Shown: positions 10,375 through 21,660 of the stretch, in pieces
How positions within the stretch are numbered: the first letter of the stretch is position 1
How the letters are laid out: each line of letters starts with the position of its first letter
Source of the DNA: Mycoplasmoides pneumoniae FH
GTDB taxonomy: Bacteria; Bacillota_I; Bacilli_A; Mycoplasmatales; Mycoplasmoidaceae
Direction of reading: 5' to 3'
DNA length: 32,000 bases
Assembly (NCBI RefSeq): GCF_001272835.1
Contig: NZ_CP010546.1
Location: 60,001 to 92,000 of the forward strand
Position numbers and translations under genes: made by a program
The notes under the pieces: generated by a model
Databases searched by the model: none
Seen by the model: the letters and a program-made list of their open reading frames with translations, nothing else
What the model was told of the DNA's origin: nothing

Positions 10375-12057
10375 TTGAACGAACGTTTTTTAATTGAAAT
10401 CGAAGGTTTAAACAAAACTTTCGATGATGGTTTTGTATCAGTACGTGATATTAACCTCAAAATTAAGAAGGGCGAATTTATTACGATTCTCGGTCCTTCT
10501 GGTTGTGGCAAAACAACTACTCTTAGGTTGTTAGCAGGTTTTGAAGATCCTACTTATGGCAAGATCAAAGTTAATGGTCTTGACATTAAAGACTTGCCCA
10601 TTCATAAGCGTCCCTTTGCTACTGTCTTCCAAGACTATGCCTTGTTTTCACACTTAACTGTGTACAAGAACATTGCTTATGGCTTGAAGGCAATGTACAC
10701 AAAGCTGGATCCGATTGATAAGCTAGTGGAACAATACCACCAAAGCTTACTGGACAAGCAACACCGCTTGCACAAGAGGATTGAACGCTTAGAAAAAAGT
10801 AATGCTAATCCACAACTGTTAGAACAACTTAAACAAACGGTTGTCGTTCAACAAAAACAGTTTAAACAACAAACAGAGACTTTTAAACAAAAGGAAAATG
10901 CTCGACGTGATGCCATTCAACAACGCTTGGTGCAACTTACCAAGGAATGGGAAAGCTTATCAAAGCAGAAGTTGCAACAATTAGAAGCGGAGAAAAAGTT
11001 GTTAGATAAAAAGTTTGAACAAACTGAGCGCAAATACCAAAAGGATGCTTGGATGGCAACCCACAGTGAAATGCGTTTAAAGCAGTTCAAACAAGAGGTG
11101 TTAGCTTTAAAACAACTAATTAAAACTAAGTTCAAACAAAATGAACCAGTTGACAAGTTGCAGTTAAAGCTGCAAACCTTAAAGCAAAAGTATGCTGCTA
11201 AAAGACAAATTGATAAGGAATACGATAAGTTGGTCTTAGCCTACAACAAGAAGGACTATTGAACTTCATACTGGGAAACCTATTCTTTACAACAACAAGA
11301 AGCCTTTGAAAAGCGTTACTTATCGCGCAAACTCACTAAACAAGAACAACACCAAAAGGTGTGTGCTGTAATTGAGTTAGTTGGTTTAAAGGGTAACGAG
11401 GACAAACTCCCAGAAGAATTGTCTGGGGGAATGAAGCAACGGGTAGCCTTAGCGCGTTCCTTGGTAATTGAACCAGACATTCTCTTATTGGATGAACCCT
11501 TGTCTGCTTTAGATGCTAAGGTACGTAAAAACTTGCAAAAGGAATTGCAAAAGATTCACCAACAAAGTGGTTTAACCTTTATCTTAGTTACTCACGACCA
11601 GGAAGAAGCCTTGGTCTTGTCCAACCGCATTGTGGTAATGAATGAGGGTAACATTCTCCAAGTTGGTAGTCCGGCTGATATTTACGATTCACCCAAAACC
11701 GAGTGGATTGCTAACTTCATTGGTCAAGCCAATATCTTTAAGGGTACTTACCTAGGTGACCTTAAGATTAAACTGCACAGCGGTGAAGTGATTAAAACTG
11801 ATGTGGACAATAACTATGTGGTTGGTAAGGAATACAAAATCCTAATTCGTCCCGAAGACTTTGACATTGTGCCCAAAAACAAAGGCTTCTTTAATGTTCG
11901 GGTAATTGATAAAACCTACAAAGGATTACTCTGAAAGATTACTACTAAGTTAGTTGATGACACCATAGTAGATCTAGAGAGTGTCAACGACATTGAGGTT
12001 GACAAAACCTTTGGGGTCACCTTTGATCCGATTGATGTTCACCTAATGGAGGTATAG
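10375..12057 (+). CDS. potA: Spermidine/putrescine-type ABC transporter ATP-binding protein with a large internal coiled-coil insertion
   Basis: The start is TTG at 10375; a TAA at 10363-10365 closes the frame upstream. Motifs present are Walker [11 protein letters not shown]-loop VFQDYALF, signature LSGGMKQR and Walker [12 protein letters not shown]. Track ORFs 10375..11262 and 11359..11934 are joined through TGA codons. The stop is TAG at 12055-12057, giving 560 aa. Confidence 0.92.
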
Positions 12058-12058
12058 G

Positions 12059-12919
12059 ATGAAACTATCGAAAAAATACCTCTTAGCTGTACCATTCTTT
12101 GTTTTAATGGTCATCTTCTTTGTAGTACCAATGGCATGGATTATTGTTAGTGGACTCCAAAATGAAAACGGTGCAAGTATAACGGAAAAGTACCAACCCT
12201 TAGTTGGTGGTTATTCTTTCTTTCAGAGTTTTTGAACTAGTCTGTGAACGGCGACTGTGACAGTACTAGTAGCCTTACTGGTTGCCTTTCCCTTTTGTTA
12301 CTTTTTATCACAAAGTAAAAACAAGGTATTCCGCAGTTTTGTGATTGCCTTAGCTACTGCTCCCATATGGAGTAGTTTTCTCATTAAGTTAATTGGGTTA
12401 AAAACACTGTTGGACTTAGTTTTGGGGTTAGCGTTGAACCGGGTGGGTGATAATAACCTCACCTTTGGTAGTGGTTATACCTTGATTGGGATGATCTACC
12501 TGTTCACCCCCTTCATGTTTTTACCACTTTACAACAACTTTTGTATCTTACCGAAAAACTTAATCTTAGCTAGTCAAGATTTGGGTTACAACTGGATTAC
12601 GAGTTTTATTAAGGTAGTTATTCCCTTTTCTAAAACTGCCATTCTGTCAGGGATTGCGTTAACTTTCTTTCCGTCTTTAACCTCGGTAGCGATTGCCCAG
12701 TTCTTGGACAACTCGAATCAAAATAACACCTTAGGTAACTATGTCTTTACTTTAGGTAACAATGGTTATGACAGTGCGATTGAGCGCGGCCGTGCTTCTG
12801 GTGCCATTATTATTGCGGCTTTAATTACCTTTGCCTTTTACTTTGTGGTGATCTTTGCTCCAAGAATAGTGCGCTTAATCCAGACTAAGTGTTTGGAATA
12901 CAGGAGGGTTAATGTTTAA
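12059..12919 (+). CDS. potB: ABC transporter permease (spermidine/putrescine type)
   Basis: The ATG at 12059 lies 1 nt after the potA stop. The protein has multiple TM segments and the EAA-loop [21 protein letters not shown]. Two TGA codons are read through near 12233-12247. The length is 286 aa. Confidence 0.9.
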
Positions 12920-13772
12920 GATGAAAAGCTGTAAGTTATGACTACGGGGAAGTTTCTTTGTCATTGTCCTTGTTCTCATCTACCTCCCTTTAATAATAGT
13001 TGTCTTAGTTAGTTTTAACGGTTCTTCGACTAGGGGTAACATTGTCTTAGACTTTGGTAATGTTTTAAACCCTAACCCGGATGCCAAGTCAGCATATCTA
13101 AGATTAGGGGAAGCGGACTTTGCCATCCCTTTACTCAACTCTGTCATTATTGGCTTAATTACGGTCATTGTCTCGATCCCGATTGCCATCATGACTGCCT
13201 TTGCTTTATTGCGATCCAGGCAATGGCTCAATAAAACAGTCTTTGGGATTGCTAACTTTTCTCTAGCAACTCCCGATATTATTACCGGGATATCGCTAGT
13301 GTTGTTATTTGCCAACACCTGGTTGAGCTTTAACCAACAGTTAGGTTTCTTTACTATTATTAGTTCCCACATCTCCTTTTCGGTGCCTTATGCCTTGGTG
13401 TTAATTTACCCAAAGATGCAAAAGTTAAACCGTAACTTAATCCTAGCGAGTCAGGATTTGGGTTACTCACCCATTGCTACCTTCTTTCACATTACCTTAC
13501 CTTACTTACTACCGAGTATCTTGTCAGCCATTCTAGTAGTGTTTGCCACGAGCTTTGATGACTATGTGATTACTTCCTTAGTTCAAGGTTCAGTTAAAAC
13601 AGTCGCCAGTGAGCTCTATTCCTTTAGAAAGGGGATTAAGGCCTGAGCTATTGCCTTTGGTGCCATTTTAATCTTGGTCAGCATTCTAGCTGTCTTGCTA
13701 GTAACACTGCACAAGTACCTACGCTTTAAACATAAAGAAATGCTCCGTGTTAAACAATGAAAAAACAGTTAA
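12912..13772 (+). CDS. potC: ABC transporter permease (second permease, potC/potI type)
   Basis: The ATG at 12912 overlaps the potB stop; an alternative ATG lies at 12921. The EAA-loop is [24 protein letters not shown] codons at 13644 and 13758 are read through to TAA at 13770-13772. Confidence 0.87.
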
Positions 13773-15214
13773 AGTATTGGTTTAGTCTAATGGGACTAAC
13801 CATGTCAGTTGGGTTAACTGCTTGTAGTTCCAACCAGTTTGTGTTTGCTAACTTTGAGTCGTATGTGTCGCCCTTACTTTTAGAAAGGGCAGAAGCCAAG
13901 CAACCAATGACCTTTCTTACTTATCCTACTAACGAAAAGTTAATTAACGGATTTGCTAACAATACCTATACGGTAGCAGTGGCCTCGAGTTATGCTGTGA
14001 GTGAACTGCAGCAACAAGGCCACTTACTACCAATTGATTGAGCTAAATTCAATTTAAAGAAAACCCAAAATGGTAGTAACCAAGCCACCATTCAAAACAA
14101 AGAGGATGCCAAAGAATTATTTACCAAAGAAATAGGCGACATTAGTGGTGAACTTTTAAACTGGGGTGTGCCCTACTTTTTACAAGACCTCGTGTTTGTT
14201 TACCGGGGCGAAAAGATTCAAGAACTTGAAGGTCAAGATGTTACTTGATCAACGATTATTAAAGCTATTGTTAATCACAAAGACCGCTTTAACAACAACC
14301 GTTTAGCCTTAATTGATGATGCTAGAACAATCTTTTCCTTAGCGAACGTCGTGCACCATGAGGTTAAGAATACCACGGTAGATGTTAATCCTACAGGTAG
14401 CACCTTAAACTACTTTGGCAACGTTTACGAAAGTTTTGCAAATTTAGGTCTAAAACGTGATAACCTCAACACGCTCTTTGTCAATTCGGACTCCAACATT
14501 ATTATTAATGAATTAGCTAATGGCAGAAGACAAGGTGGCATTGTTTACAATGGTGATGCCGTATATGCCGCTTTGGGCGGTGATCTCCGCGATGAAATTA
14601 ATGAGAATAACTTGCCCAACGGCGATAACTTCCACATTGTGCAACCGAAACACTCGCCTGTGGCCCTAGACTTTCTCATTATTAACCAGCAACAAACTCA
14701 CTTTAGAGATGCTGCACACCAGTTAATTTACCAGTTGGCCTTAGAAGGCGCTGATCAAACAGCAGAAGAATTATTAAAAACTGATGAAGAGAAAGGTACC
14801 AGTGATGAGGACTATTACACTTATGGTGCAATGCAGAATTTTAGTTACGTTAACTATGTTTCGCCTTTAAAGAATATTTCTGATGAAACCACTGGGATTG
14901 TGTTTAAGGAAAACAAACAAGCTGATACTAAGCGAGTTGTCAAACAACAAAGTCAATCAGAACAACAATCTGAATCAGCAGAAAAGGAAGAAACGGAACA
15001 AGATGATTTCTACACTGCTACTCTCAAAAGTTTGTTGAAAGCGGACAGTTTAGATGACAAAGCTAAGAAGTTAGTAGACACAATTAAAAAGACTTACAAG
15101 ATCAAAAAAGCCGACAATATTAATTGGGCTAACTTAATCGAGAAACCAATTACCCCATTACAAAGGAGTAATTTAACATTATCGTGGCTTGACTTTAAGC
15201 AACGCTTTTGATAA
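13757..15214 (+). CDS. Lipoprotein, PotD-like periplasmic-binding-protein candidate, with a Q/E-rich low-complexity segment near the C-terminus
   Basis: The signal peptide with lipobox is [23 protein letters not shown]. The gene occupies the position of the fourth gene of the pot operon. Track ORFs 13757..14041 and 14351..15211 share frame 2. TGA at 15209 is followed by TAA at 15212-15214, giving 485 aa. The assignment to PotD rests on position and size, not on motifs I can verify. Confidence 0.75.
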
Positions 15215-16173
15215 TGGAACAACCTTTGTGTATCTTGGGAATTGAAACCACTTGTGATGACACTAGCATAGGGGTAATCACTGAGAGTAAGGTACAAGCA
15301 CACATTGTTTTATCATCCGCCAAATTACACGCCCAAACTGGTGGCGTAGTGCCCGAAGTTGCAGCTAGGAGTCACGAACAAAACTTGCTTAAAGCACTGC
15401 AACAATCAGGGGTTGTTTTAGAACAAATTACTCACATTGCTTATGCCGCTAATCCGGGATTACCCGGTTGTCTGCATGTGGGAGCTACCTTTGCGCGCAG
15501 TTTAAGCTTCTTATTGGACAAACCCTTATTGCCCATCAACCACCTTTATGCCCACATCTTCTCGGCCTTAATTGACCAAGATATTAATCAGTTAAAACTC
15601 CCCGCTTTAGGCTTAGTGGTGTCCGGGGGGCACACTGCCATTTACCTAATTAAGTCCTTGTTTGACTTGGAGTTAATTGCTGAGACTAGCGATGATGCGA
15701 TTGGCGAAGTTTATGATAAGGTGGGCCGCGCTATGGGTTTTCCTTATCCAGCTGGACCCCAGTTAGATAGTTTGTTTCAACCGGAGTTAGTTAAGTCACA
15801 TTATTTCTTTCGTCCTTCCACGAAGTGAACGAAATTTTCCTACTCGGGGTTGAAGTCACAGTGTTTTACCAAGATTAAACAGTTAAGGGAAAGGAAAGGC
15901 TTTAATCCCCAAACCCACGATTGGAATGAGTTTGCTTCTAACTTCCAGGCCACCATTATTGATCACTACATCAATCATGTCAAGGATGCCATTCAGCAAC
16001 ACCAACCGCAAATGTTGCTGTTAGGTGGTGGGGTAAGTGCTAATAAATACTTAAGAGAACAGGTAACACAGTTACAGCTGCCTTACTTAATTGCGCCGCT
16101 CAAGTACACGAGCGATAACGGGGCGATGATTGGTTTTTATGCTAATCTTTTAATTAATGGCAAAAACAATTAA
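15214..16173 (+). CDS. tsaD: tRNA N6-adenosine threonylcarbamoyltransferase (Kae1/Gcp/TsaD)
   Basis: The N-terminus is [18 protein letters not shown], and VSGGHTA is present. The ATG at 15214 shares its A with the upstream TAA (TAATG). TGA at 15826 is read through. The length is 319 aa. Confidence 0.93.
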
Positions 16174-17308
16174 ACATCCCCGATGGGGTAGATATGTAGC
16201 AGAAGCAGTTGGTCGTGGTCACCCCGATAAGATCTGTGACCAGATTGCGGACAGTATCTTAGATGAATGCATTAAGCAAAGTCCGACCAGTCACGTTGCT
16301 TGTGAGGTCTTTGCTTCCAAAAATCTGATTATGGTGGGCGGGGAAATCCTTACCACTGGTTATGTTGATGTGGTCCAAACCGGTTGAAAGGTATTAAATC
16401 GGTTGGGTTACACCGAAAATGACTTTAGCTTTTTGAGTTGTATTAACTCCCAGTCCAGTGAAATTAACCAAGCTGTGCAAAGTAATGACGAAATAGGCGC
16501 GGGCGACCAGGGCATTACCGTTGGTTATGCTTGTAGTGAAACCGAGCAATTAATGCCCTTAGGGAGTATCGTAGCGCAAGCGCTGGTGCAACGCGCTGCT
16601 CGTATCATTGACCAATACCCCTTCATTAAACACGACATGAAGAGTCAGGTAGTGCTCAACTATACTGGTAACAAAGTTCAATGTGAATCAGTTTTAATGT
16701 CGGTACAACATACTCAGGACGTAAGTTTAGACCAACTGCGCCAAACAATTATCAACCAAGTGATCCTCCCCGTATTAACGGAGTACGGTTTAAATGATCC
16801 TAAAATCAAACACCTAGTCAATCCCGGGGGTTCGTTTGTCGTTGGGGGCCCGATGGCCGATACGGGGTTAACCGGACGCAAGATTATTGTGGACACCTAT
16901 GGTCCGTACGCTAATCATGGTGGGGGGAGTTTTAGTGGTAAAGACCCTACCAAGGTCGACCGCACTGGAGCTTACTTTGCGCGCTTTATTGCTAAACACA
17001 TTGTTAGTTTGGGTTGAGCGGAAGAGTGTGAAGTGAGTATTAGCTGGGTCTTTTCCCAACCATTACCACAATCAATTCAGGTCAAATGCTTTAACATTAA
17101 TAAGGAATTTAGTGAACAATTAATAAACCAAGTTATAAGTCAATATTTCAATTGATCTGTTGCTAAAATTATTGCAAAGTTAAAACTCCTTGATCAAGTT
17201 GAGTACTTTAGGTATGCTGTTTACGGTCACTTTGGTCACCAAACAGCCCCTTGAGAACAACTAAGTGAACGTGACTCGCTGCAATGTTTAATCAAAAATT
17301 TCCAATAA
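16157..17308 (+). CDS. metK: S-adenosylmethionine synthetase
   Basis: Motifs present are [18 protein letters not shown] and [15 protein letters not shown]. Four TGA codons are read through. The stop is TAA at 17306-17308, giving 383 aa. The gene overlaps tsaD by 17 nt. Confidence 0.93.
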
Positions 17309-17565
17309 AAGCTCCTAAAGCACCATTTTTTAAAAAGAAAACACCACCAGTACCACCAAAGAATCCTGTGGTAACCAGCACTACCCCAGAACTCAAGAAA
17401 ACCAAAATTAAAAAAGTAAAGGAAGCAGGGGATACCAATCTTTGAGATAAGATTAAAGCAAAGGTAAAAAAACACCCTTACCTGTTTGCTGTTTTAGTGT
17501 CCTTTATTCTTTTAATTGCACTTTTAGGCTGATTATTTGCAATTCCGATTTCGCAAATTCCTTAA
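17284..17565 (+). CDS. Candidate small tail-anchored membrane protein (93 aa)
   Basis: The ORF runs from ATG 17284 to TAA 17563-17565 with 2 TGA-Trp codons: [93 protein letters not shown]. It has a basic, Pro-rich N-terminus and a single C-terminal TM helix. It overlaps the metK 3' end by 25 nt. Confidence 0.5.
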
Positions 17566-17595
17566 GCTGCAAAAAGATAAAAAAGCAATGTTCGC

Positions 17596-18948
17596 TTAAA
17601 AACCTAAGCCACCAAGTCCACCAAAGCCACTAAAGGGATTTTTACCACCTTTCAGCATCCGGCCCATTTCTGCTGTTTTCGTTTGCAGTTTACTCCACTC
17701 CTTCATTAGCTTATTGAGTTCATCCATTTTACGTCCCGAACCCTTAATGATGCGTTGTTTTCGCGATGGGTCACGATTAATTAATTTGGGGTGCCGGCGT
17801 TCTTCACGCGTCATTGAGTTAATTAATACCTTTCACAGTTTAACCTTGGCTTCAATGCTCTCTACATGATCATCCGATACCGTTAAGTTACCCGGGAGCA
17901 TCTTGACAATACTACTAACAGAACCCATTTGGTTCATCTGTTCCATGTAAAGCAACAGATCTTCCAGGTCCATCTTGCCCAAGAACATCTTGCTAACTGT
18001 TTTGGTTAAGCTCTGTTTGTCAAATACTTCTTCCACTTTTTCCACTAAGGTCATCACATCCCCTAAACCCAAGATCCGACTGGCAATCCGTTCTGGGTGA
18101 AATTGTTCTAGACCTGTGAGTTTTTCTGATGTCCCCATTAGTTTAATCGGAACTTCCAACAAACTCGTTAAGGACAAAGCCGCTCCAGCGCGGGCATCAC
18201 TGTCAAGCTTGGTAATAATAAAACCGGTGAGTTTTAAACGGTTATGAAACTCCTTGGCAACATTAATAATTTCCTGGCCACTTAAACCATCGACCACCAT
18301 TAGGATTTCATCGGGGTGGAGTTCGTTTTTAATTGCTACCAACTCATCCATTAATTCCTGATTAGTTTGTAACCGTCCCGCCGTGTCACAGATTATTGCT
18401 TGACAACCGCTTTCCTTAAAGGTCTTAACGGCCTCCTTGGTGGTTTGGTCGGGGGCTTGGGTACCCTTGGCAAAGAAGACAGACTCGGTTTGTTCGGCTA
18501 GGGTCGCTAACTGGTCAATCGCAGCGGGGCGGTAGATGTCTAGTGCCACTAACATCGCTTTTTGTTGAAACTGTTTTTTCAGTCACACCGCTAACTTCCC
18601 ACAGGTAGTGGTTTTACCTGAACCCTGTAAACCGACTACCATTACCTTAAGTGGACGTTTACTAGTGATTTCTTGGTTGGGTTGGCTCAAAATGTTGATT
18701 AACTCTTGTTTAATTACTTTGAGCAGTCACTTCTGTAAGTCCTGACCGGGTTCTACGGTTTGACCAACGGTTTGTTCGCGAATCGCCTTAATGAAGTTTT
18801 TGACCACCAACAGGTTCACGTCAGCGTCTAAAAGAGCAATCCGAATTTCCTTTAAAACGGCTTGGACATCGGTTTCACTGATCGTTTGCGCGTTGATCTT
18901 TTTTTGCATCGAGCGCATAACGATGCTCGAGATCATTGACTTAAACAT
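17596..18948 (-). CDS. ffh: Signal recognition particle protein Ffh
   Basis: The N-terminus is MFKSMISSIVMRSMQKKI. GTPase motifs GLQGSGKTTTCGKLA (in the TGA-bridged gap) and DTAGR are present. The C-terminal M-domain ends in a Gly-rich tail. Three track fragments share one frame, giving 450 aa. Confidence 0.95.
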
Positions 18949-19003
18949 GGTGCTTTAATTATTTATTTTTTTATTATTTCTACGTATAGATAAAGCTAGT
19001 TTC

Positions 19004-19720
19004 ATGACACCGCACATAAACGCAAAAAAAGATGACATTGCTAAGGTTGTTTTAATGCCCGGTGATCCCTTACGTGCTAAGTGGATTGCGGAACAATTTA
19101 TGGAAAAGCCCCGGCTCGTCAACGAAGTGCGGGGCATGTTAGCTTTTACCGGTCAGTATAAGGGTAAGACCATTACCATTATGGGCCATGGCATGGGGAT
19201 TCCCTCAATTGGGATTTATTCTTATGAACTGATGAAGTTCTATGAGGTTAATACCATTATCCGAATTGGTAGTTGCGGGGCGTTGCAAGATTCCTTAAAC
19301 CTCCAGGACCTCATTATTGCCGCTAAGGCTTGGAGTGAGTCGATTTACGCTAACGACATGGGTGTGGAAGTGCCAGCAGACAAGATCTTAATGGCCTCCC
19401 CGCAACTAGTAGAGTTAGCTAAAAAGACCGCTAACCAACTTCAACTGGCCTTCCATGAGGGCTTGGTGTTCTGTGAGGATGCCTTCCACCAAACCAGGAA
19501 AGACGTGTTAAAGCTAGCACAAGAAAAACACGCTTTAGCAGTGGAAATGGAAGCGCATGCTCTGTACGCTAATGCCATGCTGCTCAACAAGCAAGCGTTA
19601 ACGATGCTCACGGTGTCCGATTCTTTGGTAACCCATGCTGCTCTACCAGCGGAACAACGCCAAGCCACCTTTAAGAACATGGCTATCTTATCCTTGGAAA
19701 TGGCTAGCCAACTCGTTTAA
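19004..19720 (+). CDS. deoD: Purine nucleoside phosphorylase (DeoD type)
   Basis: The ORF is intact at 238 aa, with the N-terminus MTPHINAKKDDIAKVVLMPGDPLRAK, GHGMGIPS and EMEAHALY. Confidence 0.93.
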   Translation: MTPHINAKKDDIAKVVLMPGDPLRAKWIAEQFMEKPRLVNEVRGMLAFTGQYKGKTITIMGHGMGIPSIGIYSYELMKFYEVNTIIRIGSCGALQDSLNLQDLIIAAKAWSESIYANDMGVEVPADKILMASPQLVELAKKTANQLQLAFHEGLVFCEDAFHQTRKDVLKLAQEKHALAVEMEAHALYANAMLLNKQALTMLTVSDSLVTHAALPAEQRQATFKNMAILSLEMASQLV

Positions 19721-19723
19721 ACA

Positions 19724-20398
19724 ATGAAATTAGAATACAACCGCATTATTGACAGTACACTACTTAAAGCTGATACCTTACCCCACGAAATTGATGCTTT
19801 ATGTGCTGATGCTCATAAGTACCAGTTTTACGCAGTTTGTGTCAATCCTAGCTATGTGCGGTATGCCAAAAATATCCTTAAGGGTACGGGGGTGAAACTG
19901 TGCACTGTCGTTGGTTTTCCCTTAGGACAAACAACACAACGCCAGAAGGTGTATGAAACTAAGATTGCCATTAAGGAAGGTGCGGATGAAATTGACATGG
20001 TAATGAACATTGCCGAGTTCAAAAAGCGCTGTGCCTGTGTCATTAGTGAAATAAGGGCAGTCAAAAAGGTTTGTGGTAAGCGAACGCTCAAAGTCATTAT
20101 TGAAACGGCTTTGTTAAACCAGGACGAAATTCGTGATGCCGTTAATGTCTGTATTGATGGTAACGCTGACTTTGTCAAAACTTCTACCGGGTTTTCCATG
20201 CGTGGTGCATCATTGGAAGATATCACAATTATGCGCGAAGCTAGTGGTAATCTCATTAAGATCAAAGCATCGGGTGGGGTTCAAACAGCGCAGCAATTCC
20301 TTGACTTCTTTAATGCTGGAGTTAGTCGGATTGGCACTTCCAATGCGGTCAAGATTATGGAAGAATTGCACAAACTAGAAAGCCATGAACATCGTTAA
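19724..20398 (+). CDS. deoC: Deoxyribose-phosphate aldolase
   Basis: The ORF is intact at 224 aa, with DMVMNI, KVIIET and the Schiff-base Lys context FVKTSTGF. Confidence 0.93.
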   Translation: MKLEYNRIIDSTLLKADTLPHEIDALCADAHKYQFYAVCVNPSYVRYAKNILKGTGVKLCTVVGFPLGQTTQRQKVYETKIAIKEGADEIDMVMNIAEFKKRCACVISEIRAVKKVCGKRTLKVIIETALLNQDEIRDAVNVCIDGNADFVKTSTGFSMRGASLEDITIMREASGNLIKIKASGGVQTAQQFLDFFNAGVSRIGTSNAVKIMEELHKLESHEHR

Positions 20399-21650
20399 CC
20401 TTATTAGTAAAAAGCAACGCGGCAAGGCGTTAACGGAAACAGAAATTAACTGGTTTGTCCATTCCGTTAATAACAAAAGCTTGGCCGATTATCAGGTCAG
20501 TGCCTTTTTAATGGCAGTGTGATTTCAGGGGATGAATTCCAAGGAGTTGTTTTGTCTCACCAAAGCGATGGTGAAATCAGGAGAGAGCCTCCACTTTAAC
20601 CACCACAGCAAGTTAAGTGTTGACAAACACTCCACTGGTGGTATTGGTGACAAGGTTTCCATTGCTTTAATTCCAATCTTAACTGCCTTAGATTACAGTG
20701 TCGCAAAACTGTCGGGTCGTGGTTTGGGCTACACTGGTGGCACAATTGACAAATTGGAAGCAGTGGGAGTAAAAACAGATTTTACACCAACAGAGGCGCA
20801 GAACTTACTAGACCAAAATGACTGCTTTATTATTGGTCAAAGTGAGGGCATTGCTCCCGTAGACAAGGTGTTGTATGCACTACGCGATACTACGGCAACT
20901 GTGGACAGTCTGCCCTTAATTGCTTCCAGTGTCATGTCGAAGAAGTTGGCAATTAACAACGACTACATCTTCATTGACCTTAAGTACGGTAAGGGCGCTT
21001 TCTGTAAAACGAAGACGATGGCTAAAGAGCTAGCGCAGTACATGTACAGTATTGCCAAGCAGTTTAAGCGCAAACTCTACATTAAACTAAGTGACATGAA
21101 CCAGGTTTTGGGTAAAACGATTGGTAATGCGTTAGAGGTCTTGGAAGTAGTGCACTTCTTAAAACGGAATTGAACTGAAGTGGGTGCTGACTTTATTCAG
21201 TTGATGGAGCAAATAGTCACTGAAATCCTTATAGAAACAAAACGTGCACCAAACAAACGGGCAGCTGTAGCACTTTACCACGCTACATTAGAGGGCGAAA
21301 AACCATGGCAGCGTTTTTTAAAATTTATTGAGCTGCAAGGTAGTAGTCGGGAACGTTTTTTGGATTTAAAAGAGCTGTTTAATCCCCAGTATAAAGCGCC
21401 AGTGTTAGCATCTCAAAGTGGTACTTTGAGCTATACCAGTCCGGTGGATTTAGCCATGGTCTCGATTAGCTTAGGTGCTGGTCGAATGGTTAAAACAGAT
21501 CTGATTGACCCAATGGCGGGGATTAAGTTAGTGAAACAAGCTAACGAAGTGGTAAAAGCTGGGGACACAGTCTTAGAACTTTACAGCTCCAAACCAATTA
21601 CGCCTGCCCACATAGAAGCTGCGCAGCACACCATTATTATTAAGCAGTAA
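20385..21650 (+). CDS. deoA: Thymidine/pyrimidine-nucleoside phosphorylase
   Basis: The ATG at 20385 overlaps deoC by 14 nt. The N-terminus is [24 protein letters not shown], and the signature [13 protein letters not shown] is present. Two TGA codons are read through. The length is 421 aa. Confidence 0.92.
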
Positions 21651-21660
21651 ATAAACCTCA

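Noticed and set aside
12980-13372. Minus-strand 130-aa ORF inside potC
   Set aside because: It is antisense to the permease gene, and its hydrophobic sequence mirrors the TM-coding strand.
15208-15216. TTG at 15208 as the tsaD start (track)
   Set aside because: The ATG at 15214 forms a TAATG stop/start junction with the upstream gene and gives the conserved [14 protein letters not shown]-terminus. The choice is not certain.
17236-17475. Minus-strand 79-aa ORF between metK and ffh
   Set aside because: Its composition is rich in Trp, Phe and Cys and is implausible. It is the mirror of a better plus-strand ORF (17284-17565) and of the metK 3' end.
18955-19137. Minus-strand 60-aa ORF at the ffh/deoD divergent region
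   Set aside because: It overlaps the deoD 5' coding region in antisense and has no supporting signals.
19441-20378. Antisense and alternate-frame ORFs inside deoD/deoC (19441..19680, 19852..20265, 20133..20378)
   Set aside because: They overlap intact, motif-bearing deoD and deoC and have no independent signals.
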